Positions 37,773 to 46,970 of a stretch of 64,000 nt of DNA are shown piece by piece. The notes below the pieces were generated by a model. The model worked only from the letters and a program-made list of their open reading frames with translations, was not told where the DNA came from and searched no databases. Source of the DNA: Candidatus Moranbacteria bacterium GW2011_GWC2_40_12 (GTDB lineage Bacteria; Patescibacteriota; Minisyncoccia; Moranbacterales; UBA11712); NCBI GenBank assembly GCA_000995965.1, contig LBYD01000003.1:17713-81712 (forward strand), read 5' to 3'. Position 1 is the first letter of the stretch; each line of letters opens with the position of its first letter. Made by a program: the position numbers and the translations under genes.

Positions 37773-39776
37773 TCACCCCATCTGCAATTTCCGGAGCTGG
37801 ATTATCTCATCTCGAATCACCGCCGCTTTTTCGAATTCCATGTTTCGGGCGGCGGTTTTCATTTCCGCTTCTTTTTGCTTGATATATCCGGCGATGTCTT
37901 CGAGCGATTCCAGTTTCACGAATTCGCGCGGAATTTCGGGCTTGAGTTCGTGGTCAACGATGGATTCGATTTTTTTCTTGATCGTTTTAGGAGTGATGCG
38001 ATGTTTTTTGTTGTATTTTGTCTGCGTCGCGCGACGGCGGTTGGTTTCATCGATCGCCCGTTTCATCGAACCGGTAACATGGTCAGCGTATAAGATTACC
38101 CGTCCGGAAATATTCCTCGCCGCGCGGCCAATTGTTTGGACAAGTGAAGTTTCGGATCTCAAAAAGCCTTCTTTGTCGGCGTCGAGTATCGCGACAAGTG
38201 ACACTTCCGGAAGATCAAGACCTTCCCGCAGAAGATTCACCCCGACAAGCACATCGAATTTTCCACGCCGTAAATTTTCCAAAATACGAACCCGGTCCAT
38301 CGTGTCCACACCCGAATGCAAGTATTCTGACTTTATCTCGTTTTCTTTCAAAAATTCCGCGAGGTCTTCGGCCATTTTTTTCGTCAAAGTTGTAACCAAC
38401 ACTCTCTCTTTTTTATCTACCACTTTTGTAATTTCCGCTATAACATCTTTAACCTGGCCTTTTGCGGATTTAATAACCAATTCCGGATCGATAAGGCCCG
38501 TCGGCCTGATAATTTGCTCGACAACGCCGCTCTTTTTGGAAACTAAGTTTCCACTTGGAAACTTAGTTTCCAAGTTTTTTGCCAACTCATATTTTCCCGG
38601 TGTGGCTGATGTAAATATTACTTGGTTTATCTTTTCCTCAAACTCTGAAAATTTCAGCGGCCGGTTGTCATAAGCGCTCGGGAGCCGGAAACCATTATCA
38701 ATCAATGTTTTTTTCCGGGCGTGATCTCCGTTATACATCGCGTTGAGCTGGGGTACTGTCACGTGCGATTCATCGATAACGATCAGAAAATCTTTGCTGA
38801 AATAATCAACGAGAGTATACGGCGGCTCCCCCGCTTTTCGTCCCGTGAGATAGCGGGAATAATTTTCTATTCCATTGCAATATCCAATTTCCCTCATCAT
38901 CTCAAGATCCTGCTTTGTCCGGCGATATATTCTCTCCGCTTCGAGCAATTTTTTGTGTTTTTTGAAATATGCCACTCGCTCATTCAGTTCTTTTTCAATT
39001 TCCGAAAGCGCTTCTTCCATCACCGGTTCCGGCACGACAAAATGCTTGGCGGGATAGATCAAAACTTTTTCCAAATTTCCCAGCGCCTCGCCCGTCAAAA
39101 AGTCATATTCGCTGATTTTTCCAATTTTATCCTCTTTCAACTCTATACGCGTCACGATTTCTCTGGATGGCGACATGATTTCAATCGTGTCCCCGTGAGC
39201 ACGAAATCTTCCGCGGGACAAATATTCCGAGCGAAGAAAATGCATCTCCGCCAGATCAGAAATCAATTTTTCCCGGTCGATTGCCTCTCCCATCTTGAGA
39301 CTCAACGAAATATCCTCATAGAATTCGGGCGACCCGAGACCGTATATGCACGAAACGGAGGCGACAATGACCACGTCCTTCCGCGACATCACCGCCATCG
39401 TCGCCGCGTGACGCAAGCGGTCAATCTCGTCATTTATCTGGGATTCTTTTTCGATATAGGTGTCGGATGCGGCAATATAGGCTTCCGGTTGGTAGTAGTC
39501 ATAGTAGGAAACGAAATATTCCACCGCGTTTTTGGGAAAAAAAGTTCGAAATTCCTGAGCGAGTTGCGCCGCGAGCGTCTTGTTCGGCGCAATGACGAGC
39601 GTGGGTTTTTGGATATTCTCAATCACATTCGCCATCGTGAAAGTCTTTCCCGACCCCGTCACGCCGAGAAGAGTTTGGAATTTATTTCCCTGCTTCAAAC
39701 CAGCGGTCAACTCTTTGATTGCTTTGGGCTGGTCGCCATCGGGTTTGAACTTGGCACTTATCTTAAATTTACCCAT
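37773..39776 (-). CDS. uvrB: Excinuclease ABC subunit B
   Basis: GVTGSGKT, FVSYYDYYQPEAY, DESH, NLLREGLDLPEV, QTIGRAAR, C-terminal UVR. Confidence 0.98.
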   Translation of the reverse strand: MGKFKISAKFKPDGDQPKAIKELTAGLKQGNKFQTLLGVTGSGKTFTMANVIENIQKPTLVIAPNKTLAAQLAQEFRTFFPKNAVEYFVSYYDYYQPEAYIAASDTYIEKESQINDEIDRLRHAATMAVMSRKDVVIVASVSCIYGLGSPEFYEDISLSLKMGEAIDREKLISDLAEMHFLRSEYLSRGRFRAHGDTIEIMSPSREIVTRIELKEDKIGKISEYDFLTGEALGNLEKVLIYPAKHFVVPEPVMEEALSEIEKELNERVAYFKKHKKLLEAERIYRRTKQDLEMMREIGYCNGIENYSRYLTGRKAGEPPYTLVDYFSKDFLIVIDESHVTVPQLNAMYNGDHARKKTLIDNGFRLPSAYDNRPLKFSEFEEKINQVIFTSATPGKYELAKNLETKFPSGNLVSKKSGVVEQIIRPTGLIDPELVIKSAKGQVKDVIAEITKVVDKKERVLVTTLTKKMAEDLAEFLKENEIKSEYLHSGVDTMDRVRILENLRRGKFDVLVGVNLLREGLDLPEVSLVAILDADKEGFLRSETSLVQTIGRAARNISGRVILYADHVTGSMKRAIDETNRRRATQTKYNKKHRITPKTIKKKIESIVDHELKPEIPREFVKLESLEDIAGYIKQKEAEMKTAARNMEFEKAAVIRDEIIQLRKLQMG
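38536..38575. repeat. Double GGAAACT(A/T)AGTTTCC palindrome inserted in frame in uvrB
   Basis: TTGGAAACTAAGTTTCCACTTGGAAACTTAGTTTCCAAGT encodes NLETKFPSGNLVSK. Confidence 0.88.
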
Positions 39777-40000
39777 TATTTTTTTATAGTAAACTAGATT
39801 ACTTTTACAGAGCTAACATATCAATCAACTTTCAGTATACTAGTATAATGAAAGTTGATATTTTATTGCTTGGCAAGACTGTTTTTTGGTTTGATAAGCA
39901 AAATCAATGTTCAATAATTATATACGCAAAAAATGAAATAGTCCACCATTGAAAAGAAGCGCAGTATTTCACCGCGCCTCTTCGAAATTCGCTGCAAAGG

Positions 40001-40564
40001 TTAAGGACCAAATAGTCCCATATCCTTTAGTTTTCGGATTTGAGCCGCAACCTCAAATACATCGAGGCCTTCTTTTTGAAGATACTTCTTCACCTCCTCC
40101 TCTGATTCGAAGAAGTATCTTTTCCAATTAAAGGACCAGTATACGGCTACACAGCCCAGCATCCATACCCACGCCAGAGTAAAGGCACGCAGATTGTGGA
40201 TAGTCTGAGGCAATAATCCGGCATCGGCTTTGAAGCTCTCATAAATGAGTTCAAAGAGCAAGAAAGCCACCAATCCTGGAACCAGCAGAAGACGAGCACG
40301 CACTTTGAAGACTTTCAGGGCGCACAATGAGATATAGTATGAAAGCCCTTGTTTCTTGCTCAATTGCAAATATCCCCAGGTTCCCTGTCCTTGAATCACG
40401 CTCAAACTTAGCATGACGCTTTTGTAAATCAGCAGGGATGAGATTGTGACGCTGCAAACAGCCAATTCCAAATCGCAGTTGTAGAAAAAGAATATCGCAA
40501 AACCTCCGATTACCATTGACGGCAGCAGCAAAAACTTGCCCCGATCCTCATTCTTAGCTGACAT
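40001..40564 (-). CDS. Hypothetical membrane protein
   Basis: AGGAGG SD, about four hydrophobic helices, hairpin GAAGAGGCGCG...CGCTTCTTT downstream. Confidence 0.7.
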   Translation of the reverse strand: MSAKNEDRGKFLLLPSMVIGGFAIFFFYNCDLELAVCSVTISSLLIYKSVMLSLSVIQGQGTWGYLQLSKKQGLSYYISLCALKVFKVRARLLLVPGLVAFLLFELIYESFKADAGLLPQTIHNLRAFTLAWVWMLGCVAVYWSFNWKRYFFESEEEVKKYLQKEGLDVFEVAAQIRKLKDMGLFGP

Positions 40565-40702
40565 ATTTCCTCCTATAAATTGATGTCATGGAAATCACGA
40601 TAAAAAGAGACACTTAAGAGTAGTAGATATCAACGGAAATGTCAATAATAATCTAATCAGGAGACAATTTACATAAGTTACAAATAGTGATATAGTGATA
40701 GT

Positions 40703-41848
40703 ATGTTCAAACGCGGAATTGCCACATTTACCCTCGATTATGGCAAATGTCCCAAATGGCTTTTTGAGCGTATGGTGAAATTGGGACGGGAGATGGCGCG
40801 GGTGATCATTGCAGAATATGGGCCGGATGAATTTGTGAAGCGGATTGCCGATCCGGTCTGGTTTCAGGCGCTCGGAACGGTGCTCGCTTTTGACTGGAAC
40901 GCTTCGGGATTGACGACCATTCTCACCGCCGCCCTCAAGGAAGCCATCCGCGGCGAAGAGAGAGATCTTGGAATTTATATTTGCGGAGGGAAAGGAAAAA
41001 CATCCCTCAAAACTCCGGAGCAAATTTCCCTTTTTGGCGCACGGGCCGAGCTGCCGCAGGAAAAAATAAATTCGCTCGAATATAACTCGCGAATGGCGGC
41101 GAAAGTTGATTCTTCCCTTGTCCAGGATGGATTCCAGATTTATCATCACTCATTCTTCTTTTCCCGCAACGGCGTTTGGGCGGTTGTTCAGCAAGGCATG
41201 AACGAAAGAGAAGTCACGGCGCGAAGATATCACTGGTTTTCGGACACCGCCAAGAATCTTATCATGGAGCCGCACAGTGGAATCATCTCCGACGGACAGC
41301 ACACAGGCCTCAATATGGCCGCCAAAGAAAGCGCTAACACGCAAAAAATTTCGACGGAGCTCGTGCAAGGAAGCTATTCGACCTTGCTTAAGGATCTTAA
41401 GTTGCTTAGGAAATATAGTACGCCGCAAAGCGAAGTCGTTGCCATCGGCGACAAACACAACGAATCAGTGAATCTCAAATTGCACGATCGTGATTTCAAA
41501 GTTCTGCCCGTTGTCACGGAAGATTTCGCGAAAAGCAAATACTTGCAAAAAATTTTATACGAAGTTTCTGAAATAAAACCGAAAAATTACGAGCAATTAC
41601 TTTCGCTAAAAGGCGTCGGGCCAAAAACAATTCGGGCGCTGGCTCTCACCGCCGAAGTGATTTACGGCGCGAAAGCGTCATATGAGGATCCCGCCCGCTA
41701 TTCTTTTGCCCACGGCGGAAAGGACTTTGTCCCCTACCCCGTTGACCGGCTGACCTACGATCAGACCATCCAAACCATGCAAAAACTTGTGGAAAAAATG
41801 AAAATTGGCTATTCTGAAAGAAATAAGATAATGGATCGCATAATATGA
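40703..41848 (+). CDS. DUF763 family protein
   Basis: P.WLF.RM..L, DPVWFQALG, DWNASGLTT, WAVVQQGM, ARRYHW, SFAHGGKD. Confidence 0.9.
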   Translation: MFKRGIATFTLDYGKCPKWLFERMVKLGREMARVIIAEYGPDEFVKRIADPVWFQALGTVLAFDWNASGLTTILTAALKEAIRGEERDLGIYICGGKGKTSLKTPEQISLFGARAELPQEKINSLEYNSRMAAKVDSSLVQDGFQIYHHSFFFSRNGVWAVVQQGMNEREVTARRYHWFSDTAKNLIMEPHSGIISDGQHTGLNMAAKESANTQKISTELVQGSYSTLLKDLKLLRKYSTPQSEVVAIGDKHNESVNLKLHDRDFKVLPVVTEDFAKSKYLQKILYEVSEIKPKNYEQLLSLKGVGPKTIRALALTAEVIYGAKASYEDPARYSFAHGGKDFVPYPVDRLTYDQTIQTMQKLVEKMKIGYSERNKIMDRII

Positions 41849-42474
41849 GCCAGGGAGACATTGAAAACCCATTCCGGAAAAAAGGAGGAGACCCGCAAAT
41901 GGGAAAGAAAAAGGATAGGATTTTCACCGACGAGGATGTTTCACTCTTAAACGAAATGGTAAAAATAGCCGTGCGTATTCTAAGAAACAAGGGGGTCAGC
42001 GTTGAACACCCCGAATTTCAAGAACGCAAGAAAGAAGTTATCGGTATTGTTTTTGGAATCACGGAAATAAGCTCCAAGGAGGAACAGGACCGTTTCTGGG
42101 GAAGTTTGGCCAGACGTATCGAAAATACGATTTCAATTTCCCCGGAAGAGCACTTCCGCCGGAAGCGTGCAAGGGAGCTAAAAGATTCTTTCGACCAGCC
42201 GGAAAACGAAAGGACCCGAGAACAGTTGGACAAGGCAAGAAGTATCGTCCTTGAAAAAAGAGGCAAAGGAAGAAAAAAGGCAAAAGTTGACGCGGCCATG
42301 ATTCGGGACGCGGTACATTTAGCGCTGAAGGATTACAAATTTTCCGGAGCAAAGATGAGAGAGGCCGCTGCCAACGTTCTGAAATATTATTTGTGCGCCG
42401 ATTATATGATTCAAACTGACGATCCTAATCTAAAAAGATTATCGGATCCGTCTCGACAAAGAGACCTCTTCTGA
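41845..42474 (+). CDS. Hypothetical protein
   Basis: 209 aa; ATGA overlap with the DUF763 gene; terminator at about 42497-42530. Confidence 0.7.
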   Translation: MSQGDIENPFRKKGGDPQMGKKKDRIFTDEDVSLLNEMVKIAVRILRNKGVSVEHPEFQERKKEVIGIVFGITEISSKEEQDRFWGSLARRIENTISISPEEHFRRKRARELKDSFDQPENERTREQLDKARSIVLEKRGKGRKKAKVDAAMIRDAVHLALKDYKFSGAKMREAAANVLKYYLCADYMIQTDDPNLKRLSDPSRQRDLF

Positions 42475-42608
42475 AGACTAAATTGCTGAATAATCAGCCG
42501 CCTTGGCGTTGCCCAGGCGGTTTTCTTTTTTCAAACGACAAAAAACCAGCCAATTCAATAGGCCGGTTTTTTGATTATAAATAGCCATTTTTGCTATTTA
42601 CCCTGCCA

Positions 42609-42743
42609 CTAAACCGTTGGAGAAGTCTCCACCGGAGGAACTTCCGGAGTCGGTTCCGCTGGAGGAGCCATTGGAGCTTCCGGAGCAGCCGGAGCTTCAG
42701 TTGTTTCTTCTCCTCCCATCGGAGTTGTTGTTTCGTCAGTCAT
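42609..42743 (-). CDS. 44-aa acidic Pro/Ala/Thr-rich protein (not in ORF track)
   Basis: MTDETTTPMGGEETTEAPAAPEAPMAPPAEPTPEVPPVETSPTV*; AT-rich leader like the core genes; terminator at about 42540-42572. Confidence 0.65.
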   Translation of the reverse strand: MTDETTTPMGGEETTEAPAAPEAPMAPPAEPTPEVPPVETSPTV

Positions 42744-42759
42744 AACGATATAAGTTAAA

Positions 42760-42890
42760 AATTAAAAAATCAAAATGAAAAATGACAATGCAAAGTGTTA
42801 AAATCGACTGGCGCTAAAATAATTATAGCATTCAAAACACTTTTTTATTTTTAATTGTCACTTTTACTTTTGATATTTACGCTTTAAATT
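42760..42890. repeat. Inverted array, type A
   Basis: AAAATCAAAATGAAAAATGACAATGCAAA...TTTAATTGTCACTTTTACTTTTGATATTT. Confidence 0.8.
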
Positions 42891-45427
42891 TACAACGGTT
42901 TCTCTCCCATATCAAACGCGTCGGCTGTCGCGGCCGCAGCGACAAAACTGGCTTTTTTCTTGATCTCCTCATTCACTATATCACGATTCCTGCCATATTT
43001 CAACTTAGAAAGTTCTTTTATCGCTTCGGCCACTTTCGCATTGCCTTTTGTCGGCGGATAAGTTTTCAGATTGAATGGCGTCGCCACCTGGCTCGCGATA
43101 AGAAGTTTCACAAAAGCGTTGTGATTGTCCACGTTCATCAAATCATTGGCGTCAAAAGACGGCTCGAATTGTTTTTGGACAAATTCTGCGTCCTCGGCCC
43201 CGATACGAAACGAACAAAGTGAACCAACATTGCCGAAAACGGCCTTGGAGATTTCCTCTTTGAGCTGGGCAATGAATTGATGGGCGATTACAAGCGCCAG
43301 GCGGTATTTGCGGGCTTCTGAAAGTATCTGGGCGATGGAATCAGTGGTGAAATTCTGAAATTCATCGATATACAAGAAAAAATCTTTGCGCTCCTTTTCC
43401 GGCATATCCACTCGCGACAGAGCTGAAATCAAAATTTTTCCGACGATTATCATTCCAAGCAGATTGGCGTTGATTTCGCCTATTTTTCCTTTTGAAAGAT
43501 TGACGAGGATTATCCGCCGATCGTCCATCGCCTGGCGGAAGTTGATTGTTGATTTTTCCTGAGCGATGATCGGCCGCATCATGTCATTTGAAATAAATTG
43601 AGTAAGTTTTGACGTAATATAAGGAACCATATTGGCAAGAGCCGCTTCACCCCCCGCTTTTTCTGCTTCTTTTTCCCAGAAATTCTTGACAACCGGATTC
43701 TGGCAGTGCTGAAGTTTCATATGGCGGAATTCTTCGTCCGCCAAAACCCGCGGAATTTCCATAAGCGTCGAACCGGAATCCGGGTGCTCCATCACGAGAA
43801 GCGCCGCATTTCGCATATACTGTTCGAACATTGGTCCGCCAGTTTGGCGCAAGTCGTACAGTTTGTCAAAAATGTTTATCATTTCGTTTATAACGAACGT
43901 TTTTTGCTCCGGTTTTTTCTGGTCATATTCCAGCATATTGAGTCCGAAAGGCCTTTCCATATCGGCCGGATCGAAATAAATCACGTCTTCCGCCCGCTCC
44001 TTAGGGATAGATTCAATGACATCATCAACCAGGTCACCATGCGGGTCAATCACGCAGACTCCTTCGCCATTTTTGATATCCTGTTTAACCATTTCCTGAA
44101 TCATGGTCGATTTTCCGGTTCCGGTTTGCCCGATGATATAAAAGTGCCTCCGCCTGTCATCCTGGCTGTGGCGAACGACTGTTTCCACGCCCCGATAATC
44201 GTTGAAGCCGAGAATGATGCCTTCTTGGGAAATATTGCTGGGCGGCGCGGAAGTGCGAGACTTGAGCCAGGCGATTTTTGGAGTTTCAGTGGAAAGAAGC
44301 GGAAAGTGAAAAATACTCGCCACTTCCTCGGAAGAAAGGACGATTCCCTGATTTTCCTTGAAATTCCGGAAAATAAAATCAAAGGCGATATCTTTTTTGC
44401 GCATCCTGTCTTCTCTCATCACCCGAAACCGATTCAAGCCCGGATTTTCATATTGGATAAAGGCATTTTCAAGTTGAGCCAAAACTTGCTCTGACCGCTC
44501 TTGCGTGAGAGCCGAGGATACCAGTCGAATGTTGACCGAAAATCCCGGCTTGTTCGATTTTCCCTCGATTTTTTTTATGATTTCCTGCTCTTCAGGAGTA
44601 AGCTGAATGGGATCCTTGTCACTTTTCAAAATATCTTTTTTTTGGCTATCATCTTTCTTTACGGCCATTTTGAAAAATCCCCGAAAAAATTCACGGATGT
44701 AATTGTCTTTTTTCACATCCGAAAGACGCCTTCCCTGCTGCATCTTGTGAGCCACTTCCCGTCCCTTGCTCCTCCAGTCGCCCCGTGCCGGTTTCACCAA
44801 AAGCTGTATTGCGGCTCCTTCTTTTTTTTCTTCGAACTTTCCCAAAACGTTGGTTATATTGTTGAGCGGATCGGATTCCAAAAACTGATAAGTGCGAATG
44901 GGGAAATGGTTCTTCTCGCTTAGTTTCAGAAAGGACGCTGCCGTGAAACTCCCCGGTGAAAAAATATTATAATCCTTTACTCTTTCGACAGCCGCTTTGG
45001 GATAAAAGCTTTGGATTTGGCGCTCAATAATATTGATGAATTTTTTCGGCGCCCCGACATAAAAAGAAATTTCGTCTGAGTTTGACGGATTGGCCATTTC
45101 AAGGGCGATGACCGCGTCGCCATAGATCAACCGGTGGAAAATACCAGTTTTTTCCTTGATGTTACCGAGGCTGGCAAGAAGATGCTCCATCACGGATATG
45201 AGCTCTTTGTCATTTTTTGGCGGCTGTTGCTGCTGAGACTGCTGGCTTTGGGCTTTGAGCGGCCGGCTCACTTTCACAATATCTATGTCCATATTGAGCG
45301 AACGTGTCACCTGACCGCGGAAAGAGACAAAACTTCTGAATATCATCAAAAAAGCCGATCCGAAGCTTAGAGCGGCCAGAAGAAAAGCAATAGGATATAA
45401 AATTAGGTTTAGGTTGTAGATGTCCAT
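42890..45427 (-). CDS. VirD4/TraG-like (type IV coupling protein/HerA-FtsK superfamily) ATPase, CPR type
   Basis: N-terminal TM, DRRRHFYIIGQTGTGKST, IDPHGD, LYIDEFQNF, EARKYRL, AHQ. Confidence 0.88.
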   Translation of the reverse strand: MDIYNLNLILYPIAFLLAALSFGSAFLMIFRSFVSFRGQVTRSLNMDIDIVKVSRPLKAQSQQSQQQQPPKNDKELISVMEHLLASLGNIKEKTGIFHRLIYGDAVIALEMANPSNSDEISFYVGAPKKFINIIERQIQSFYPKAAVERVKDYNIFSPGSFTAASFLKLSEKNHFPIRTYQFLESDPLNNITNVLGKFEEKKEGAAIQLLVKPARGDWRSKGREVAHKMQQGRRLSDVKKDNYIREFFRGFFKMAVKKDDSQKKDILKSDKDPIQLTPEEQEIIKKIEGKSNKPGFSVNIRLVSSALTQERSEQVLAQLENAFIQYENPGLNRFRVMREDRMRKKDIAFDFIFRNFKENQGIVLSSEEVASIFHFPLLSTETPKIAWLKSRTSAPPSNISQEGIILGFNDYRGVETVVRHSQDDRRRHFYIIGQTGTGKSTMIQEMVKQDIKNGEGVCVIDPHGDLVDDVIESIPKERAEDVIYFDPADMERPFGLNMLEYDQKKPEQKTFVINEMINIFDKLYDLRQTGGPMFEQYMRNAALLVMEHPDSGSTLMEIPRVLADEEFRHMKLQHCQNPVVKNFWEKEAEKAGGEAALANMVPYITSKLTQFISNDMMRPIIAQEKSTINFRQAMDDRRIILVNLSKGKIGEINANLLGMIIVGKILISALSRVDMPEKERKDFFLYIDEFQNFTTDSIAQILSEARKYRLALVIAHQFIAQLKEEISKAVFGNVGSLCSFRIGAEDAEFVQKQFEPSFDANDLMNVDNHNAFVKLLIASQVATPFNLKTYPPTKGNAKVAEAIKELSKLKYGRNRDIVNEEIKKKASFVAAAATADAFDMGEKPL

Positions 45428-45433
45428 TTTTAT

Positions 45434-45940
45434 TTTTGAATTGAGAATTGGGAATTCAGAATTGAGAATGAGAATATTGCCTGCCTACCGGCAGGCAGGA
45501 ATCTGGAATATTAATATTCCACACTATATTTTTTTTATCTTTTCGCCCTTATAAGTCCAATTATAAGTTTATGACATACCACCGTTTGGTCAGCAATTTT
45601 CATAAATTCAGATTGACTAAGGTATCCAACGTCTTTAGCAATTAGAAGTTGATTTTGAACTTCTATCAGCGAGGTATGGGCAGTATTATAAAACTGATTT
45701 TTTTCCTTGGAAGATCTTTTCGCAAAGCCTTCAGCTATATTCGAAGTAAAAGAAACTATTGCTCTTCGAAGCTGGCTTTTCAAGCCATATTCCTCGCAAC
45801 CTGGAAAATCGTTAGTTGCTTTATAAATAATCAAAACCAATTTGTGCCCTTCTTGCCAAACGACTAAGTCCGTAAACCTAGTAATTTTCCTAAATTCATT
45901 ATTCTTTTTTCCCATTCACAATTCTCAATTCTAAATTCAT
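45434..45940. mobile_element. Type C inverted heptamer element carrying a four-helix-bundle gene
   Basis: GAATTNN arm at about 45434-45510 and NNAATTC arm at about 45913-45946 flank the CDS; mobility is inferred. Confidence 0.55.
45535..45915 (-). CDS. Four helix bundle protein (23S rRNA IVP/TIGR02436-like)
   Basis: FTDLVVWQEGH, FP..EEYGLKSQLRRA..S..SNIAEG, SLIEVQNQL.IA.DVGY. Confidence 0.93.
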   Translation of the reverse strand: MGKKNNEFRKITRFTDLVVWQEGHKLVLIIYKATNDFPGCEEYGLKSQLRRAIVSFTSNIAEGFAKRSSKEKNQFYNTAHTSLIEVQNQLLIAKDVGYLSQSEFMKIADQTVVCHKLIIGLIRAKR

Positions 45941-46446
45941 AATTCTTTCAAAAGTCCTTTCTGAATAAGCTGCTTCCTCAATTCATCTTCCAGCAATCGG
46001 TCGTGGACTTCGTCGAGAGTATAATTGTCCGCTATGTCGGAGGTTTTTCCCTTGTCCATATGCCGGGCGACTTTTATCGCATGTTCCGGTCCCTTTTGAA
46101 GCGCCATTTCCACCAATTTATCCACTTTTTTCTCATATTCGGTGATTTGAGAAACCGTCCCGGCGTCATCGCTCACGCTCGCCCCGGCCGCCGGTTTTTG
46201 AGTTTGAATTGCTTTTCTGGCAGTTTCAATTTTCTCGGAGACTTCTTCAAACTTTTTTTCTCCTCCCGTTTCAGATTCGATTCCCGGCATTTTTTCAGCC
46301 GCCGGCACATCCGGCATTTCCGGTTTTTCCACTATCGTATTTTCGGAATTTTTCTGCGCATTGCCAACTGAAATATCCCCTTTCAGCTTTTTCGCCAAAT
46401 CCAAATCCTCCTTTTCGATAGGCTCCTGGTAGTTTGATTGAGGCAT
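45937..46446 (-). CDS. Hypothetical protein
   Basis: Acidic N-terminus; conserved-looking C-terminus LVEMALQKG..HAIKVA...YTLDEVHD.L. Confidence 0.75.
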   Translation of the reverse strand: MPQSNYQEPIEKEDLDLAKKLKGDISVGNAQKNSENTIVEKPEMPDVPAAEKMPGIESETGGEKKFEEVSEKIETARKAIQTQKPAAGASVSDDAGTVSQITEYEKKVDKLVEMALQKGPEHAIKVARHMDKGKTSDIADNYTLDEVHDRLLEDELRKQLIQKGLLKEL

Positions 46447-46496
46447 AATTATTTTCTACAACTTATAAGCAAATACGAGCATAGAAACTTCCTCGA

Positions 46497-46610
46497 AGAA
46501 TTGTGAAATTGGATTTTTGAATTGTGAATAGGAATAATAAATAGAGAGTTATAATTCAACATTCTTGATTCCCATTCCTAATTCTCAATTCACAATTCTA
46601 AATTCTATAT
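46497..46610. repeat. Inverted heptamer array, type C
   Basis: GAATTGT..GAATTGT GAATAG.. / ..ATTCTCA ATTCACA ATTCTAA ATTC. Confidence 0.88.
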
Positions 46611-46613
46611 TTT

Positions 46614-46952
46614 TCAACTTTTCGCCGCTTCGTCTACATTTCCAAAGCTGGCAATGTCTTCTTTTAGCTCGTCTTTGAGGTCGCTAACCACATTTTTCAC
46701 AAATTCTTCGTAATCAATAATTTTTTCTCGCAGAAACTTTTCAACTTGATCCGACTCTGTTTTTTCTTCAAGCATTTTCATGAGCTCTTGCTGATCTTCC
46801 TGCGTCAACTTGTCCATTGTCTCTATATAGAGCCTTTTCAGGACCAACTCCAAAAGATCGACCAGAACTTTGGCCTTTTGCTCTTCGGGCAAATCCGTGA
46901 GTCCCAATTCTTCAATGATCGTCTGCTTCAAGATTGTGTTTTGCGCGGTCAT
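46614..46952 (-). CDS. DUF5663-like protein
   Basis: IIEELGL.DLPEEQK, L..ED..EL, FL..KI.DY pattern. Confidence 0.75.
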   Translation of the reverse strand: MTAQNTILKQTIIEELGLTDLPEEQKAKVLVDLLELVLKRLYIETMDKLTQEDQQELMKMLEEKTESDQVEKFLREKIIDYEEFVKNVVSDLKDELKEDIASFGNVDEAAKS

Positions 46953-46970
46953 AATTTTGATTTCAAAAAA

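Noticed and set aside
38721-39797. Long antisense ORFs (e.g. 358 aa opposite uvrB; also opposite dnaX, lysS and the VirD4-like gene)
   Set aside because: Shadow frames of well-conserved genes, with no recognisable motifs or initiation signals.
45535-45915. Diversity-generating retroelement or 23S rRNA intervening sequence
   Set aside because: No reverse transcriptase, no TR/VR pair and no rRNA sequence flank the gene in this window.
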